A stretch of DNA of 64,000 nucleotides from the human T2T-CHM13v2.0 reference genome, Homo sapiens. Each line of letters begins with the position of its first letter. The first letter of the stretch is position 1. Below, one piece after another: positions 30,515 to 44,342 of this stretch. The notes under the pieces are model-generated. The model saw only the letters and a program-made list of their open reading frames with translations. It had not been told where the DNA came from and did not search any database. The stretch lies in assembly GCF_009914755.1 (NCBI RefSeq), contig NC_060934.1. The stretch is one strand, 5' to 3'. The position numbers and the translations under genes were made by a program.

Positions 30515-31736
30515 GTATGACTATGTAGTCATGCTGGATTTTTCAAAATTCTTTTTAAATACTAAAATAATGATACAATGACAATGAAAACAATAATAAA
30601 TGTATTAATACCTAAAGCATCAGGTTTGTTCTTAACTTTTGCTACTTTGTTAAGTTGAAATGATATCTCTGTGGTGCTTTAATTTGAATTTATCAGTTGG
30701 ATAATGATCTGTCCTTGTATTACTACTGTTGCAGGATTTAAAAAGAAAATATATTGCTCATAATGATAAATGATAAGAGTTTTTAAAATATGAGTAGGAA
30801 TGAAAGTTAAAATGGTTATAGGTGCTTCTCATATATAAATCCCAAAATTGAAGAAGTATACTGAAAATGAGATTAATTTCTTTTTTCATGTTTAAAAATA
30901 CAGAATACAGATGTATTTTTGTGAGTGAAAGTGTTTTTTTTATAATTCTTATTTATGTCTATTTTTAGTTGAAGAAAACTCTTTTATTTTGCAACTATTT
31001 AAGCACATATTTATTTCTTAAGCACACACAGAGATTCTTGGTTAATTTAATGTTTCCAAGTCAAGTTATAGTTAGCTTTTACATCCCATTTTCAGGGTAC
31101 ACTTATTAGTGTTTGCTAGTCATCTACAGTAACAACCTGAAAGCAATGGTGGCTTATAATAATGAAATTTATATTTCACTTACATATTGGCTGTAGATCA
31201 GCTGGGACTCTGCTTCATGTGTCTTCCTCATTCTGGGATCCATACTGAGACGGATCAGCCCCTATTGTGGGACATGTTATTGTGCCAGTGGGAAGAGAAC
31301 TTTGATAGGATCACATGTGAATTCTGCTTGGATGTGGCACATATCACTTTCAAAACAATTCAAGGGGCCAGGCCTGGAATTAATAGGGCAGAAAAGCATT
31401 ATTTGCTCGTAGGTTGCAGAGTGATTTATTGGGAAGAAGATTGTATATAAAGCAATCAAAATCATAAGAGTATAGTACAGTAGTCAATCTCATTCTCTCA
31501 TCTTGGCTTTTCAACTTGTTGACTACCTGTCCTTGCCCAGATTGCTTCCCAACCCTGAGCTTTCATCCTACTCTCAGTATAATACATTAAGTCAGCAGGT
31601 TCACAGCAGGCCATCTCTTAACACTCAGTTGAGAACCATTGACTTAGGTAATCTCTGATGACCTCCCAGTTTAGAAAAAAAAAAATTGTGAATTTGTGAC
31701 TGACATTTTAAAAGCAAAGTTGACCTCTTTCCTGAA

Positions 31737-31738
<2 letters not shown>

Positions 31739-31782
<44 letters not shown>
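31739..31782. repeat. (TG)~22 microsatellite
   Basis: Direct inspection. Confidence 0.95.
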
Positions 31783-31785
<3 letters not shown>

Positions 31786-31801
31786 AAGTTTTTTACATGT
31801 A

Positions 31802-32145
<344 letters not shown>

Positions 32146-32240
32146 TAATTCCAACATTTTTACACAATTGGTATCTTTACTCTTTTCCAGTGTTCCTTTC
32201 TAGTTCATCTAAATATTTAATGCTATATGATAGACATTTT

Positions 32241-32529
<289 letters not shown>

Positions 32530-32929
32530 ATATGATAGACATTTTGTTACACAGTATTTATTTCTTGTCCCTGCTCCATTTCCTTCCAGGCAGATTATTC
32601 CTAGTCTTTCTTATTTAAGCTGAGTTGCAATAGGTCATACTTGTCTTTTCTTCAGTATTCTGGTCTCTTTTGCATTTTAATCAGCAAATCCCCAACTGTG
32701 TCACCTTTCATCCAAAATGGTTTAGCAGTGCAGTTTCAAATGACACAAATACTGCATCTCGTGCCATTAAAATTGTAGGATCTAAAGTCTCCATTGGACC
32801 TACCATGCCTCTAATCTATCCTTTTATTTAATCTCAGGACAGATCCCTCTCCCATTCCCTTAATGATCTCTTCCAAATAGCTCTCTCCAAGTTCCATGCT
32901 TAGCTATACTTCTCAACCTCTGCAGGTAG

Positions 32930-33305
<376 letters not shown>

Positions 33306-33349
33306 TCCTTCTTGCCTTCTAATTTATCTATATTTGTCTCATTCTTACT

Positions 33350-35065
33350 CCTTTGTTCCAGTTACAGGGGAAAAGTGTCCACTGTGCTATGGAAGATCAG
33401 CTCTTCTGTGTTCTTAACTCTTGTCTTCTGCTGTTGCTTAAGGACCTAACTGCATCTCTTCCTCCTCTCTCATCTGTCTTGAGTGCGCCTCCTCTACTTT
33501 CTTGTCATTATTTGTTTGTAAATGTGTATATCTCATTTAATTTCAGTAAATCAAATACACTTTTTCTTGACTCCTTTTAAACTCCTTTCCAGTTAGTGTG
33601 AAAACTTGGAACAATGAAAATAGCTACCATTTCAATGCTGTAGACGTTTGACATGACCTTTGTTTTAAAAGCTTTCTCCTTTGGCTTTTGTGTCACTTCT
33701 CTCTGGAATCCCTCATACCTTTCAACATTTTTTCCTGTAGGTTTCTCCTCTTCTTTAAATGTTAGATTTATATCTTTAGTCCAGTCCTCTTTGAACATCT
33801 TACTCTCATAATTTCAAATATGACATATATGGCTAACATGTAAAACTCCTTTCTTTCATGCTTGGTAATCCAGTTGCCCACTGGACACACTTCTATTGTA
33901 TGTCCCACCCATAAGTACTTCTAACACAGACTCTCTCTCTCTCACCCCCCACATATGTGTGTGTATGTGTGTGTGTGTGTGTATTTGTATGTGAGATGTC
34001 TTAAACATTTTATTTATTTAATGAAAAAACTGATAACTGTTGAGCTCAGAAACCAATACCCCAACATACAGTACTTTGACATACTGAACTGAAGAAACCT
34101 CAAGATCTCTTCTGGCTCCATCATGTCCCCACCTCCCCCCTACTGCCCACCCACCTGTGTAACAATATATTTAAAATTCACACATATTCCTCTTTGGACA
34201 TACTTGTTGTTCTTCTGTATTCACCATTTCTTTTGTTGGCGCAGCTATTCACCATGTCACTCAAGCTAGAAATACAGTGTCACCCTTGAATGCTCCTCTA
34301 TTCTTTTCTCACATGCAGTGAATTGCCAAAAATCTCAAAATTTTGATTTCTTCTCTCCCTTTTCATCTATATTATCACTCTCTTGGGTCAGGCTCCTACT
34401 CTTATCTAGATTATTATAATATTTTCATAAGTGCCTAGCTCAGTTTTCTTGCTGTTGTTAAAATTTGTCCTCTAAACACCTGTCAAAGCCATCTCAAATG
34501 CAAATCTGTCACTCCCTAGCTAAGGCCATGCGTGATAGTCATGGCTCTCTGTGATCTGGCCCTTGCATAGTTTACTAGCCAATTGCTTCTCAACATTAAT
34601 CAGAACCTATGTGCAACAGCGACACTGCTTATACTTCTCCAGACGTGCTATGCTTTCCCTCACCTTTGTATTATATTGTATGGCACTTAGAATCCTTTAA
34701 CTAAAATTCCAAGCCTACCACACTCCTCTATCTTCTGAATCTTGTGCTTATCCTTTGGAACTCCACTGTAGTCCCTCATTTCTGATGTGTGATGTCACTT
34801 CTTTGCCTATCTTTATATATAAAATCAGTGTTCCCAATGCAAAGAGATGATAAATGTTTGAGATGATGGAAATGCTAATTGCCCTGATCTAATCACTATA
34901 AATTATATGTGTCAAAACATTACTGTGTAAACCATGAATATGTACAATGTTATCTGTCAATTAAAAGTAAAATTAAAACAATGAAATGGTTTTGGTGGGG
35001 GAAAAAAATCCTTAGAGCAGTGCCTGCCATACAGCAAGTGCTATATACATGCTGGCTATTAATGT
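33350..35065. mobile_element. Degraded L2 relic(s) with a short L1 3' fragment (~34835-34980) and (CT)/(TG) repeats
   Basis: Pyrimidine-rich L2-like motifs (tcaagctagaa, atctggccctt, agtgcctgccatacagcaagtgct); boundaries approximate. Confidence 0.5.
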
Positions 35066-36864
35066 TCTTAGCACATTATTTGTTGATTTCATTTTTGGGT
35101 CCATTTCCTGTGTAACACAGTCCGAACCTACTGGTGACTGCATGAATGATGGCTATATAGTGTTCCATGAAGTTGCTACATTTTATTCCCGTTGTCCTCT
35201 TACAGGACAATTGTAAACTTGTTAACTTTCAGATAACACCTTGTTATAGGTTTTCTCTTTCTAAGGATCATTTCTTTCATATAGATTCCTAGGAGTAGGA
35301 TAACTGAATCAGAGTGCAGGTATTTTGATGGCTCTTAAACATACAGATGTATATTTGTCCAAAAAGGTTAACTGCTATGTCTGATGGTGTGCCATTTTTT
35401 CCTGCAGTCTGGTTAATTACATTGGGTATTTCACCACTAACTTAATATTTATAAAACAATACTTTATTCAACAAGTTAAATACAACATTTTACCAGTTAT
35501 ATGTATATTTGTGAGAACTGGCTACTTGTCTGTTGAGGCCTTAAAAATGATCTTAAATGTTTAGACAGGCTGTTAATATACTTGAGATATAAATCCTCTG
35601 TCATATTTGCATGGATTATCAATAGCTTTTAACTAATGTTAATTGTTAAGGTGCCTTAAAATGTTATATAATTAAATATAAATCATTTCTTTTGAATAGC
35701 TATATTTGCTACATAACTTAGAAATGTGTCCTTCTAAATGTATTCTTAGAAATGTATCTTTCATGATCTGCAATCCATCTTTTTTGTCTTTATGAATTTT
35801 TATAATTCCTAAACTTAAAAACAAGTGGAGATTATCTTTTGTATGTAATAAAGTCTTTTTCAATTATAGTGTACATAATAGCATTTTAAAAATCTTCCAC
35901 ATTGTTTGGGATGCTTATGTGATATGTTCAAGGCTTTGTAAAATGTCTATTTCTGATCTCTTTGTTAAAGAGAATATATGTTTTTTTTCCCGATGTAGCT
36001 AAAGGGGATGACATTCTTTGCTTAGTTACAACACATCCTAATTATTTGCTTACTTGTTTTTCTCTCTGGAAAGATGTTATTCACATCTATATTTGAATTT
36101 CCTTGCTTATATTACCTTCTCTTTTGGATAACTGAATAATGAAACACAAACAACATGGGCTAACTATAGGGTAATGATTAACACTTTGGAAATGTAACTG
36201 GATTCCTGCTTAACTTGACAGTAGGTTTCCATTTAATAGTACTAGGCATTTCTTATAGATCCAATTGAGAAGGTGTTCTCTCTTTGATTCAGGAGGTACT
36301 CCTCAAAAAGTGGCTCATGGTCAAAGAATCTTCCTTGTTACCCTTCAGGCACATTTATCTTTTTTGCTGATTTGTAAACCAGCCATGAAATGCCTCTGTG
36401 CCTTTAATTATTCTATTGCCTCTGCTTCTCATGCCCTTTGTTTTCTTTCACAGGCTACTCTTATGTATCCCTTGAAGTCTAGCTGAAGTTGCTTTTTTGT
36501 ATGTGATTTTTTTTTTTTTTTTTTTTTTTTACTCTGTGGCCTATGTCCCAGTTTTCTTATATGTAAAAAAGGATTACAGTACCTACCTCAGGAGTGTGGG
36601 TAGAATCAAATGCTTAAATAAGTGCAAGTGCTTAGTTTTTAACATCTAATAAGTTCTCAATGAATGCTAACTGTTGCTGCTACTATTGCTCATTGTCAAC
36701 ATGTCACACTTCATTACCGGATGAAATCTTAGATTTTTTTTTAATAGAGGATTTCCCCCCTAAATGACCAGATAGTTTGTTCATTACTGTGTCTTCATCA
36801 TTGATTTCATGCCTCTCATTATGGTATTTTAAATACCTCATCTAAAGATTTTTTAATATTTCAG

Positions 36865-36951
36865 AATGAAGATTTATTAAATGAAATAAAACAACTTAAA
36901 GACGAAATAAAGAAAAAAGATGAAAAGATCCAACTATTAGAACTTCAGCTT
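36865..36951 (+). CDS. CCSER2: CCSER2 coding exon C (87 nt, phase 0/0): NEDLLNEIKQLKDEIKKKDEKIQLLELQL, coiled-coil heptads
   Basis: ttttaatatttcAG acceptor at 36864; CTT|GTAAGT donor; in frame; L/I heptad periodicity. Confidence 0.9.
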
Positions 36952-38779
36952 GTAAGTATTGTAGTATAATGTATAGAGACTTTTCAAACTGGGTGAAATG
37001 TGTTTTTCATAAAACTCTGAGCCAGAAGTAGAGTTTAGCTTTATTTTTGGCTCTCAAAGTTGCACTTTTATATTATTTTTAGATTATATGCACTGTAATA
37101 AAAGTATGTGATTTAACTTTTAATCTAAATATTAAGTATTTGGTTTGGAAAATTCTTCATTGATTCAGCGACCTCAGTTTTGGGTATTTAAAATTTACCA
37201 ATTTACATTCATTTTGTTGATACAAGGGTAAATGGCTTTTCTTCAGATATATTTAAAGAAACAAGTACTTGTGAGTTGAGAACAGGGTATTTTCTCTCTC
37301 TGTGAGCAGAATTAGCCTGGGTATTCAGATTTAGGTAGCTGCATCACTATCAGATTGAAGGGTACTCCAAGAAAATGTTTATTTCCTATGGATGCTATTG
37401 AATGATCCATCAGAGTCATGTTTGAATCTTCATAATCTAATAATTGTGCAATTTCACATATTAGTCTCATATGAAAACAATATGTATGGTGTCTTGAATT
37501 TAATTATTACTTAGTTTGTATATAAAAGACCATGATAAAAAGAAAATAATGGCCTAAAAATCACAACACTCAAAAGGAAATCTTTGTTGTGAGTCAAGAG
37601 CACATTTTGGTCTAACAAAGCAATTTGGTGAAATATTAATCTCACTGAAAATATAAAGGATATCATATACTGAGCTCTGAGCCACTGGGGTCAGCTCACG
37701 GAGATCCATTTCATGAATAAATAGAGCAGATAAATCAAATATTATGATTAAAGGAACAAAGAAAATTTATGAAACTGAATAAAAAGTAGCATAATATTAC
37801 AAATTGAGGTCCTGTCACATACAAAATTAAAAAGGAAAATAATAAGGCCTAGTGTTTGTGTTCAAAGCCAAAGACAAGAACCCAATCAACTTTCAGGGAG
37901 AAGAAAAAAGACAACAAAGAAAATTATGTAAGCTTCGATTTTTACAAAAATATATTACAGAGCACAAGATATTGTGTCTTGTGCAATTCAGAAAAGAGGT
38001 TATGAACCTCCTATTTTATATCCAAGCAAGTTTTTATTTATATACAAAGGTAAATTCTGACCTTTAATGTCTTGACAGACCCAGTTAATACATTTCAGAT
38101 ATTTGAGAGGTAAATTGAAAAATAACTCAAGAATAAGGAGATAAAGATTAAAATGAATGAGCGGTGAAATGGAAACTAAGTGGTGTAAACTTCTGAGCCA
38201 CTAGTTGGAGAAAACTTACTGCCCATTTTACCTAATGTAAATTACATATCATTCTAATGTTGGGATTTGTTTGGATTTATAAATCCTTAATTTTTCTGAA
38301 ATTAAAAATTATTTTTAATTTTAAAATTTTAAGTTGCTATTAATTTTGGAAAATATTCAGATTAAATAAGTTTGAGGAAGAACATAAGGAATATGCTGAA
38401 GGAAGTTAGAAGTACTGAATTTTTTATCTTCTACAAATGAATATTCAACATTCTTAATTTTAAAAAATATACTTAGATAAATTATAATGTTTATGAAATG
38501 CTTTAAAGTAATTAGTAGGTTGGAATAAAGTATCTTGCAAAAGTTAAAAGTTAAAAAAAAGACGAAGTAGAAAAATAAGGAAAACTTAAAAACAGCATAA
38601 AACTAAAGTAATAGAAATTAGACCAAATATAACAAATATAATAGTAGTTGCAAATAGTCTTATGTCTTGGAGAGACTTTCCTTGAGGATCTAAAGCAAAA
38701 TCCAGTAACTTGCTTTGTATAAAAAAAATTTAGCTAAAGGAAAATGGCACGATAAGGCTGAACATAAAAGATTGGGGGA

Positions 38780-39078
38780 GGCTGGGCATGGTAGCTCACT
38801 CCTGTAATCCGAGCACTTTGGGAGGCCTAGGTGGGTGGATTGCTTGAGGTCAGGAGTTCGAGACCAGCCTGGCCAACATGGTGAAACCCTGTCTCTACTA
38901 AAAATACAAAAAATTTAGCTGGTTGTGGTGGTTCACGCCTGTAGTCCCCAGCTACTTGGGATGCTGAGGCAGAACAATCACTTGAACCCAGGAGGCAGAG
39001 GTTGCAGTGAGCCAAGATCATGCCACTGCACTTCAGCCTGGGTGACAGAGTGAGACTCTGTCTTGAAAAATAAAATAG
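38780..39078 (+). mobile_element. AluS
   Basis: Alu dimer; TSD aaga(t/c)tggggga. Confidence 0.9.
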
Positions 39079-40871
39079 AAGACTGGGGGAGACAGAATAA
39101 AATTATTCTCATCAAAAATATTAGGATTGCAATAGTAAAATTAGAAAAGTAAATTTAAGACAAAGATTTATGTAAAAGGTCACTTTATATGGACATATGA
39201 TAAATAATGAAAGATGAATCTTTTTATGCCGTGAAGTTTTGATAAAGTATTCTTTTAACCTCAGAATGTATCTTTAAAAAAACAAGAACAGGTCTCTTCA
39301 TAGCTCAAATTATATTATTATCTCTAAGCAATTAATAGTAATTCCTTAACATCTTCTAATATCTAGTCCATACTAAGATTTTCTCAGTTGTTCCAAAAAC
39401 ATCCTGTACTTTGATGTCCCTAAACTAAAAGTCAGTCTAGGACTATGCACAACTGGTTATATCCCTTATATCTCTTTTAATTTAGAACTGTTCTTTTTTT
39501 TCTTTTTGTATTGATTTGTTGAAGAGACTGCACCAGTTGTCCTGAATAATATCTCATCTTGAAAATAATTTTTAGAAAGATTTAAGAAATATTGAAGAGC
39601 ATCCTAAAGAAAGAAAAGTGAAAGCATTAATCTTTATCAGTAGGTACCTTGAAATTCTCTGTACTCGATATATTAAACCTAGTAATCATATTTGTCATAA
39701 AAGAGCCTGCCACCTGTTTTTCTAGGTGGTGTGCCTAGTTTTCCTGTGGATTGCTTGGGAAGCTGTGGTGTATTCAGCTAGAAATTCCCTCTGTAAACAC
39801 ATTAGAATCTCATTAGCATGTTTACAAATTGCAGAGGAGCTGTGGCCCCGTACCAGGAGAACTTCGTGATATTTTCTTTACAGTTCATGTAAAGGCTAAT
39901 GTTAGTGTGGTTTTCTCAACATAAATTTAGAGGATTAGAAAAGATTCACTGCTTCTCATTGCAAGCAGTGATCTCTGTAAAGTGAATGCCTTAGTTTTAG
40001 GTGGCCAAGTATCCTTTTTATAGTAGAAAATTAGAAATCACTCAAAGATTTTAACAGTATAAGGTTTAGTTATAGAACTCGAGAAAGTCACTTGTTCAAA
40101 CCAAGAGAGTTTTAACAGATACAAACCATTTGTAAACAAAGATAAGTAACAGTATTTTTCACATTATCAAATTAAAATCACCTATTAAAAAATTTTTTTT
40201 AACATCTCTATTCTTAATATAGGAAAAAAATCAGAAGAATCATAGACTAGGAATTAAAGGACTTGTTTCTAATTTAATTAGCTAAATGGCACTGACAGTT
40301 TCCATCACCTCTCTCTAGTGCTTTCTTTATCCAAAATGTGAAGGTTTTTCTAGGTGATTTCCAATTTCCCTTTCAGTTATAGCCTTCTATGCTTTTTTAT
40401 CTTTTTAAAAAATATACATTCAACTCCAACCTATGTTTGCATGCAAACCTTCATAAAAATACGTTGACAGTATAAAGTGTTGAATTCAAAATATTCTGAT
40501 TTAAAATCAGATTGCAGCGCTCTGAGAATTAACTGAAAGGCATAGAAGTTTAACTATTCAAACCTTACTAAAAAATGCTAAGAATGCCTGTTTATCTTTA
40601 CTACAATACCATAGTTAAATAATAGTTCAGATACATTTCTCATTGACTCTTCAGAATAATCTTGGGAAATTGCTAGTGTAGAATTTCCTTTATGGGAGAC
40701 ACATTAGACAGTGGAACTCAGGTTAAGTGGGCTAGCAGTATAGTATATTTGAAAAACCAAGACAGACCTGAGTTCAGATCCTGACTTTGAAATTTATAGC
40801 CATGTTCTCTGAAGGGAGTTCTATAATCTCTCCTAAGCCCCTTCTGTTAGAGGATAATAAAAGTAGTACTG

Positions 40872-41180
40872 GGCTGGGCACGGTGGCTCATACCTATAAT
40901 CCCAGCACTTTAGGAGGCCGAGGCAGGCAGATCACCTGAGGTCAGGAGTTCGAGACCAGCCTGGCCAACATGGTGAAACCCTGTCTCTACTAAAAATACA
41001 AAAATTAGCTGGGCATGGTGGCACATGCCTGTAGTCTCAGCTACTCAGGAGGCTGAGACAGGAGAATCACTTGAACCCGTGAGGCCGAGGTTGCAGTGAG
41101 CCAAGATCGCGTGCCACTGCACTCCAGCCTGGGCAACAGAGCAAGACTCCATCTCAAAAAAAAAAAAAAAAAAAAAAAAA
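40872..41180 (+). mobile_element. AluSx-like inserted in a MIR
   Basis: TSD aaaagtagtactg; MIR-like flanks. Confidence 0.9.
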
Positions 41181-41969
41181 GTAGTACTGACCATATAGGG
41201 TTATGATAGTTATGTTGTGATAGAACTACATAGTAAACTACTTAATGCCTGGTCCATGGATACATGATGAATAGCAACTCTTATATAAGCCCTAAATCAC
41301 CCAGTGTAAATCAGTGCATATCTTATGATGTTTTAAGTTCCGAGTAAAAGTCCCTAACTAAAAGTGATTTTAAAAATAAAAACAGTTGTAAACTCAACAA
41401 GAAATTATGTAGGTCCCATCCATTTCAGTGGTTTCTTATTGGTCATTTGGCTGATTGATTAGGTTCCAGATCAGCTTTTTTGGAATCCTGTTGGCTGTCC
41501 ATTCATGGTCACAAGATGTCTGTTGCTCTGTGTGTCACATTCTCACACAGTAATACCCAAGGATAGGTTAAGGGCCTATGATCTCCAGTGTCTGTTTTTA
41601 AAATCAACAAACCCTTTCTCAGATACCCTAGACTTTCCTGTTTGATTGGCTAGATTTGAGTTACTTGTCCCTTCCTAAGCATAGAGGAATGGGATTAATC
41701 ACATTGGTTCAGACTAATTAAGTTCTAGCTCCTTGGGGTAAGAGATTAGGACACATTTCCCCAAATGTGGGACCAAATAGAAGGTGAGCATCTGTACAGT
41801 CTGTCAGCAATAAAGAAGGCAGATGGTGAGAAAATGATTTGGTTAGTCATTTTATATATGTTGACATGTCACTAGAAACTAGACTTTTCCAAATTTTGGA
41901 AAACTCATATATTTGCCAAATATTATTTTTCATGTGTGAGCATATAGACCACAGAAAATAAATCATAGA

Positions 41970-42165
41970 CAGTCTGCTACTTAGGATTTTTTGATTATAT
42001 GATGGTACAAAAGTGATACTCATTCAGTAAGCTCCTCAACTTATGACGGAATTATGTCCTGATAAACCCATTATAGGTTGAAAATAATCCCAAATCAAAA
42101 GTGTGTTTTTAGTAATATTATGAGTTTATCCAGGTGTGACCCCATTATAAATCAAAGAGCACCTG
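41970..42165. mobile_element. MER47/Tigger-type DNA transposon relic
   Basis: gctcctcaacttatgacgg..tcctgataaacccattatagg..accccattataaatcaaagagcacctg. Confidence 0.6.
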
Positions 42166-42342
42166 AATTTCTGGAATTGCAATAGGATGGAATAAGTAAA
42201 GTGTTTTCGTTACGATAGTGTTTTTAAATTATCTTTTCTGTTCCTCATATACCCCTCATATATGTTAAAAGTTGATCCTATTACAGTGAATTCCAAGAGA
42301 CTGTAAATACTTGATTATATATTGAATTTGGGGGGTTATTTT

Positions 42343-42628
42343 GGAGTTAGAGTCTCACTCTGTCACCCAGGATGGAGTGCGGTGGTGCAATCTCAGCACA
42401 CTGTGGCCTCAACCTCCCAAGCTCAGGTGATCCTCTCACTCAACCTCCCGGGTAGCTGGGACTACAGGCACATGCTACCATGCCTGGCTGTTTTTGTTGT
42501 GTGTTTTTTGTAGATACAGGGTTTTGCCTTGTTGCCCAGGCTGGTCTGGAACCCCTGGGCCCAAGCAATCCGCCAGCCACAGCCTCCCAAAGTACTGGGA
42601 GTACAGGTGTGAGCTACTGCACCCAGCC
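42343..42628 (-). mobile_element. AluJ
   Basis: Diverged dimer; TSD tatattgaattt. Confidence 0.85.
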
Positions 42629-42927
42629 TATATTGAATTTTGTTTCAGTGACTGTCTCATTTGTTAGGAATGGGAAATATGTCTCTATGATAGACATTTT
42701 TGTTTTTAGATTTTATTTTGTATAAGGAAATTGTAATGATCTGATTGCAGTTAAGAAAAATTTTGAATATGGGTAAATATTATTAAAGTAGAAATGTATC
42801 ATTTTAACCTGATGGAATAATCAAGAATTTTTTAGTTTCCTATGAGAAAGTATATCTACCTCCAGTGAGGTTGTTTAACAAATAATGTGGTTATTTTCTA
42901 GCTTGTCACTAAGGGTGAATTCTCTCT

Positions 42928-43234
<307 letters not shown>

Positions 43235-43920
43235 GGGAGAATTCTTTTTATCAGTATTTTCATGATCTTTTTTGAAAGTGATGATTATTTGGGAAAGTTA
43301 CTTTGTGTTATATAAATGAGTGTGCTTTGAGTGGAATCGTGTGGAGAAATCATTTGTGAACAGAAATGGTCAGATGGATCTTGTCAAAGGGCTGACACTC
43401 TTCAAAATATTTCAGTCCAGTAAAGTCAATACATCATGAAAGAGGCTTCATCACACTGCACATGAGAACAGACATCCTGACAAGTGGACTGGTGGTATTC
43501 AATGTCCAGCAGAGTCCCATTAAAATATGGATTTAAGAAACTGAGCTTTAGTGACTGTAGTACCATGACAGTTTAGGGAAATACTGTAAATTCTGCAGTT
43601 GTATTCTTTATATACTGAATATCCCTATATATTCTACATCCATATACTTAACTCTTTATATTGATATACATAAAATCATATATTGTATGTTTTATGGACA
43701 ATATAAGAGATTGCCAAGGGTAATTTAGATTATTCAAAATTCTAACCTTACAGGCTGACTCTCAAACCCACTCCCTGAATAAGATGAGAGACCACTGAAT
43801 AGACCTTATTGTTGGCTGTGATAACATTTTTTCTTCAAAAAAGTAGCCAGAACTATTTTGCCATGTGTGACTTTTTTGTTGATTTGGTTACATACCCCCT
43901 AAAAGAGCCCTGATTACCTC

Positions 43921-44342
43921 CTGTCATGGCTGTTAATTTTTTTTATAGGTAATTTAGTTTTGCTTGTCTCTTAGGTGTTTTATGTGTTTTCCTAAAGTTT
44001 CTCTTGTGTGTCTTGGTGTGTATATGCAGAATTAAACCAATGTAAAAATTTTGTGTTTTTGTTTAGGCAACTCAGCATATCTGCCACCAAAAATGTAAAG
44101 AGGAAAAATGCACTTATGCTGATAAATATACCCAAACACCCTGGAGACGAATTCCTGTAAGTAACATTTGCTCTTAGCCTCCTCTCCAGTCATTTGCTAT
44201 TTTGATGTTTTATTTCACTCTTTTTACAGCAATCTCTAATGATTTTGAATCTGTCATGGCTGTTAATTTTTTTGTAGGTAATTTATTTTTGCTTGTCTCT
44301 TAGGTGTTTATGTGTTTTCCTAAAGCTTCTCTTGTGTGTCTT
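43921..44342. repeat. ~93-bp direct repeat (43921-44014 and 44251-44342) flanking exon D
   Basis: ctgtcatggctgttaattttttt..taggtaattta..gcttgtctcttaggtgttt..tgtgttttcctaaag..tctcttgtgtgtctt occurs twice, 5 differences. Confidence 0.95.
44067..44156 (+). CDS. CCSER2: CCSER2 coding exon D (90 nt, phase 0/0): ATQHICHQKCKEEKCTYADKYTQTPWRRIP
   Basis: ttgtgtttttgtttAG acceptor at 44066; CCT|GTAAGT donor; in frame with exons A-C. Confidence 0.9.
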
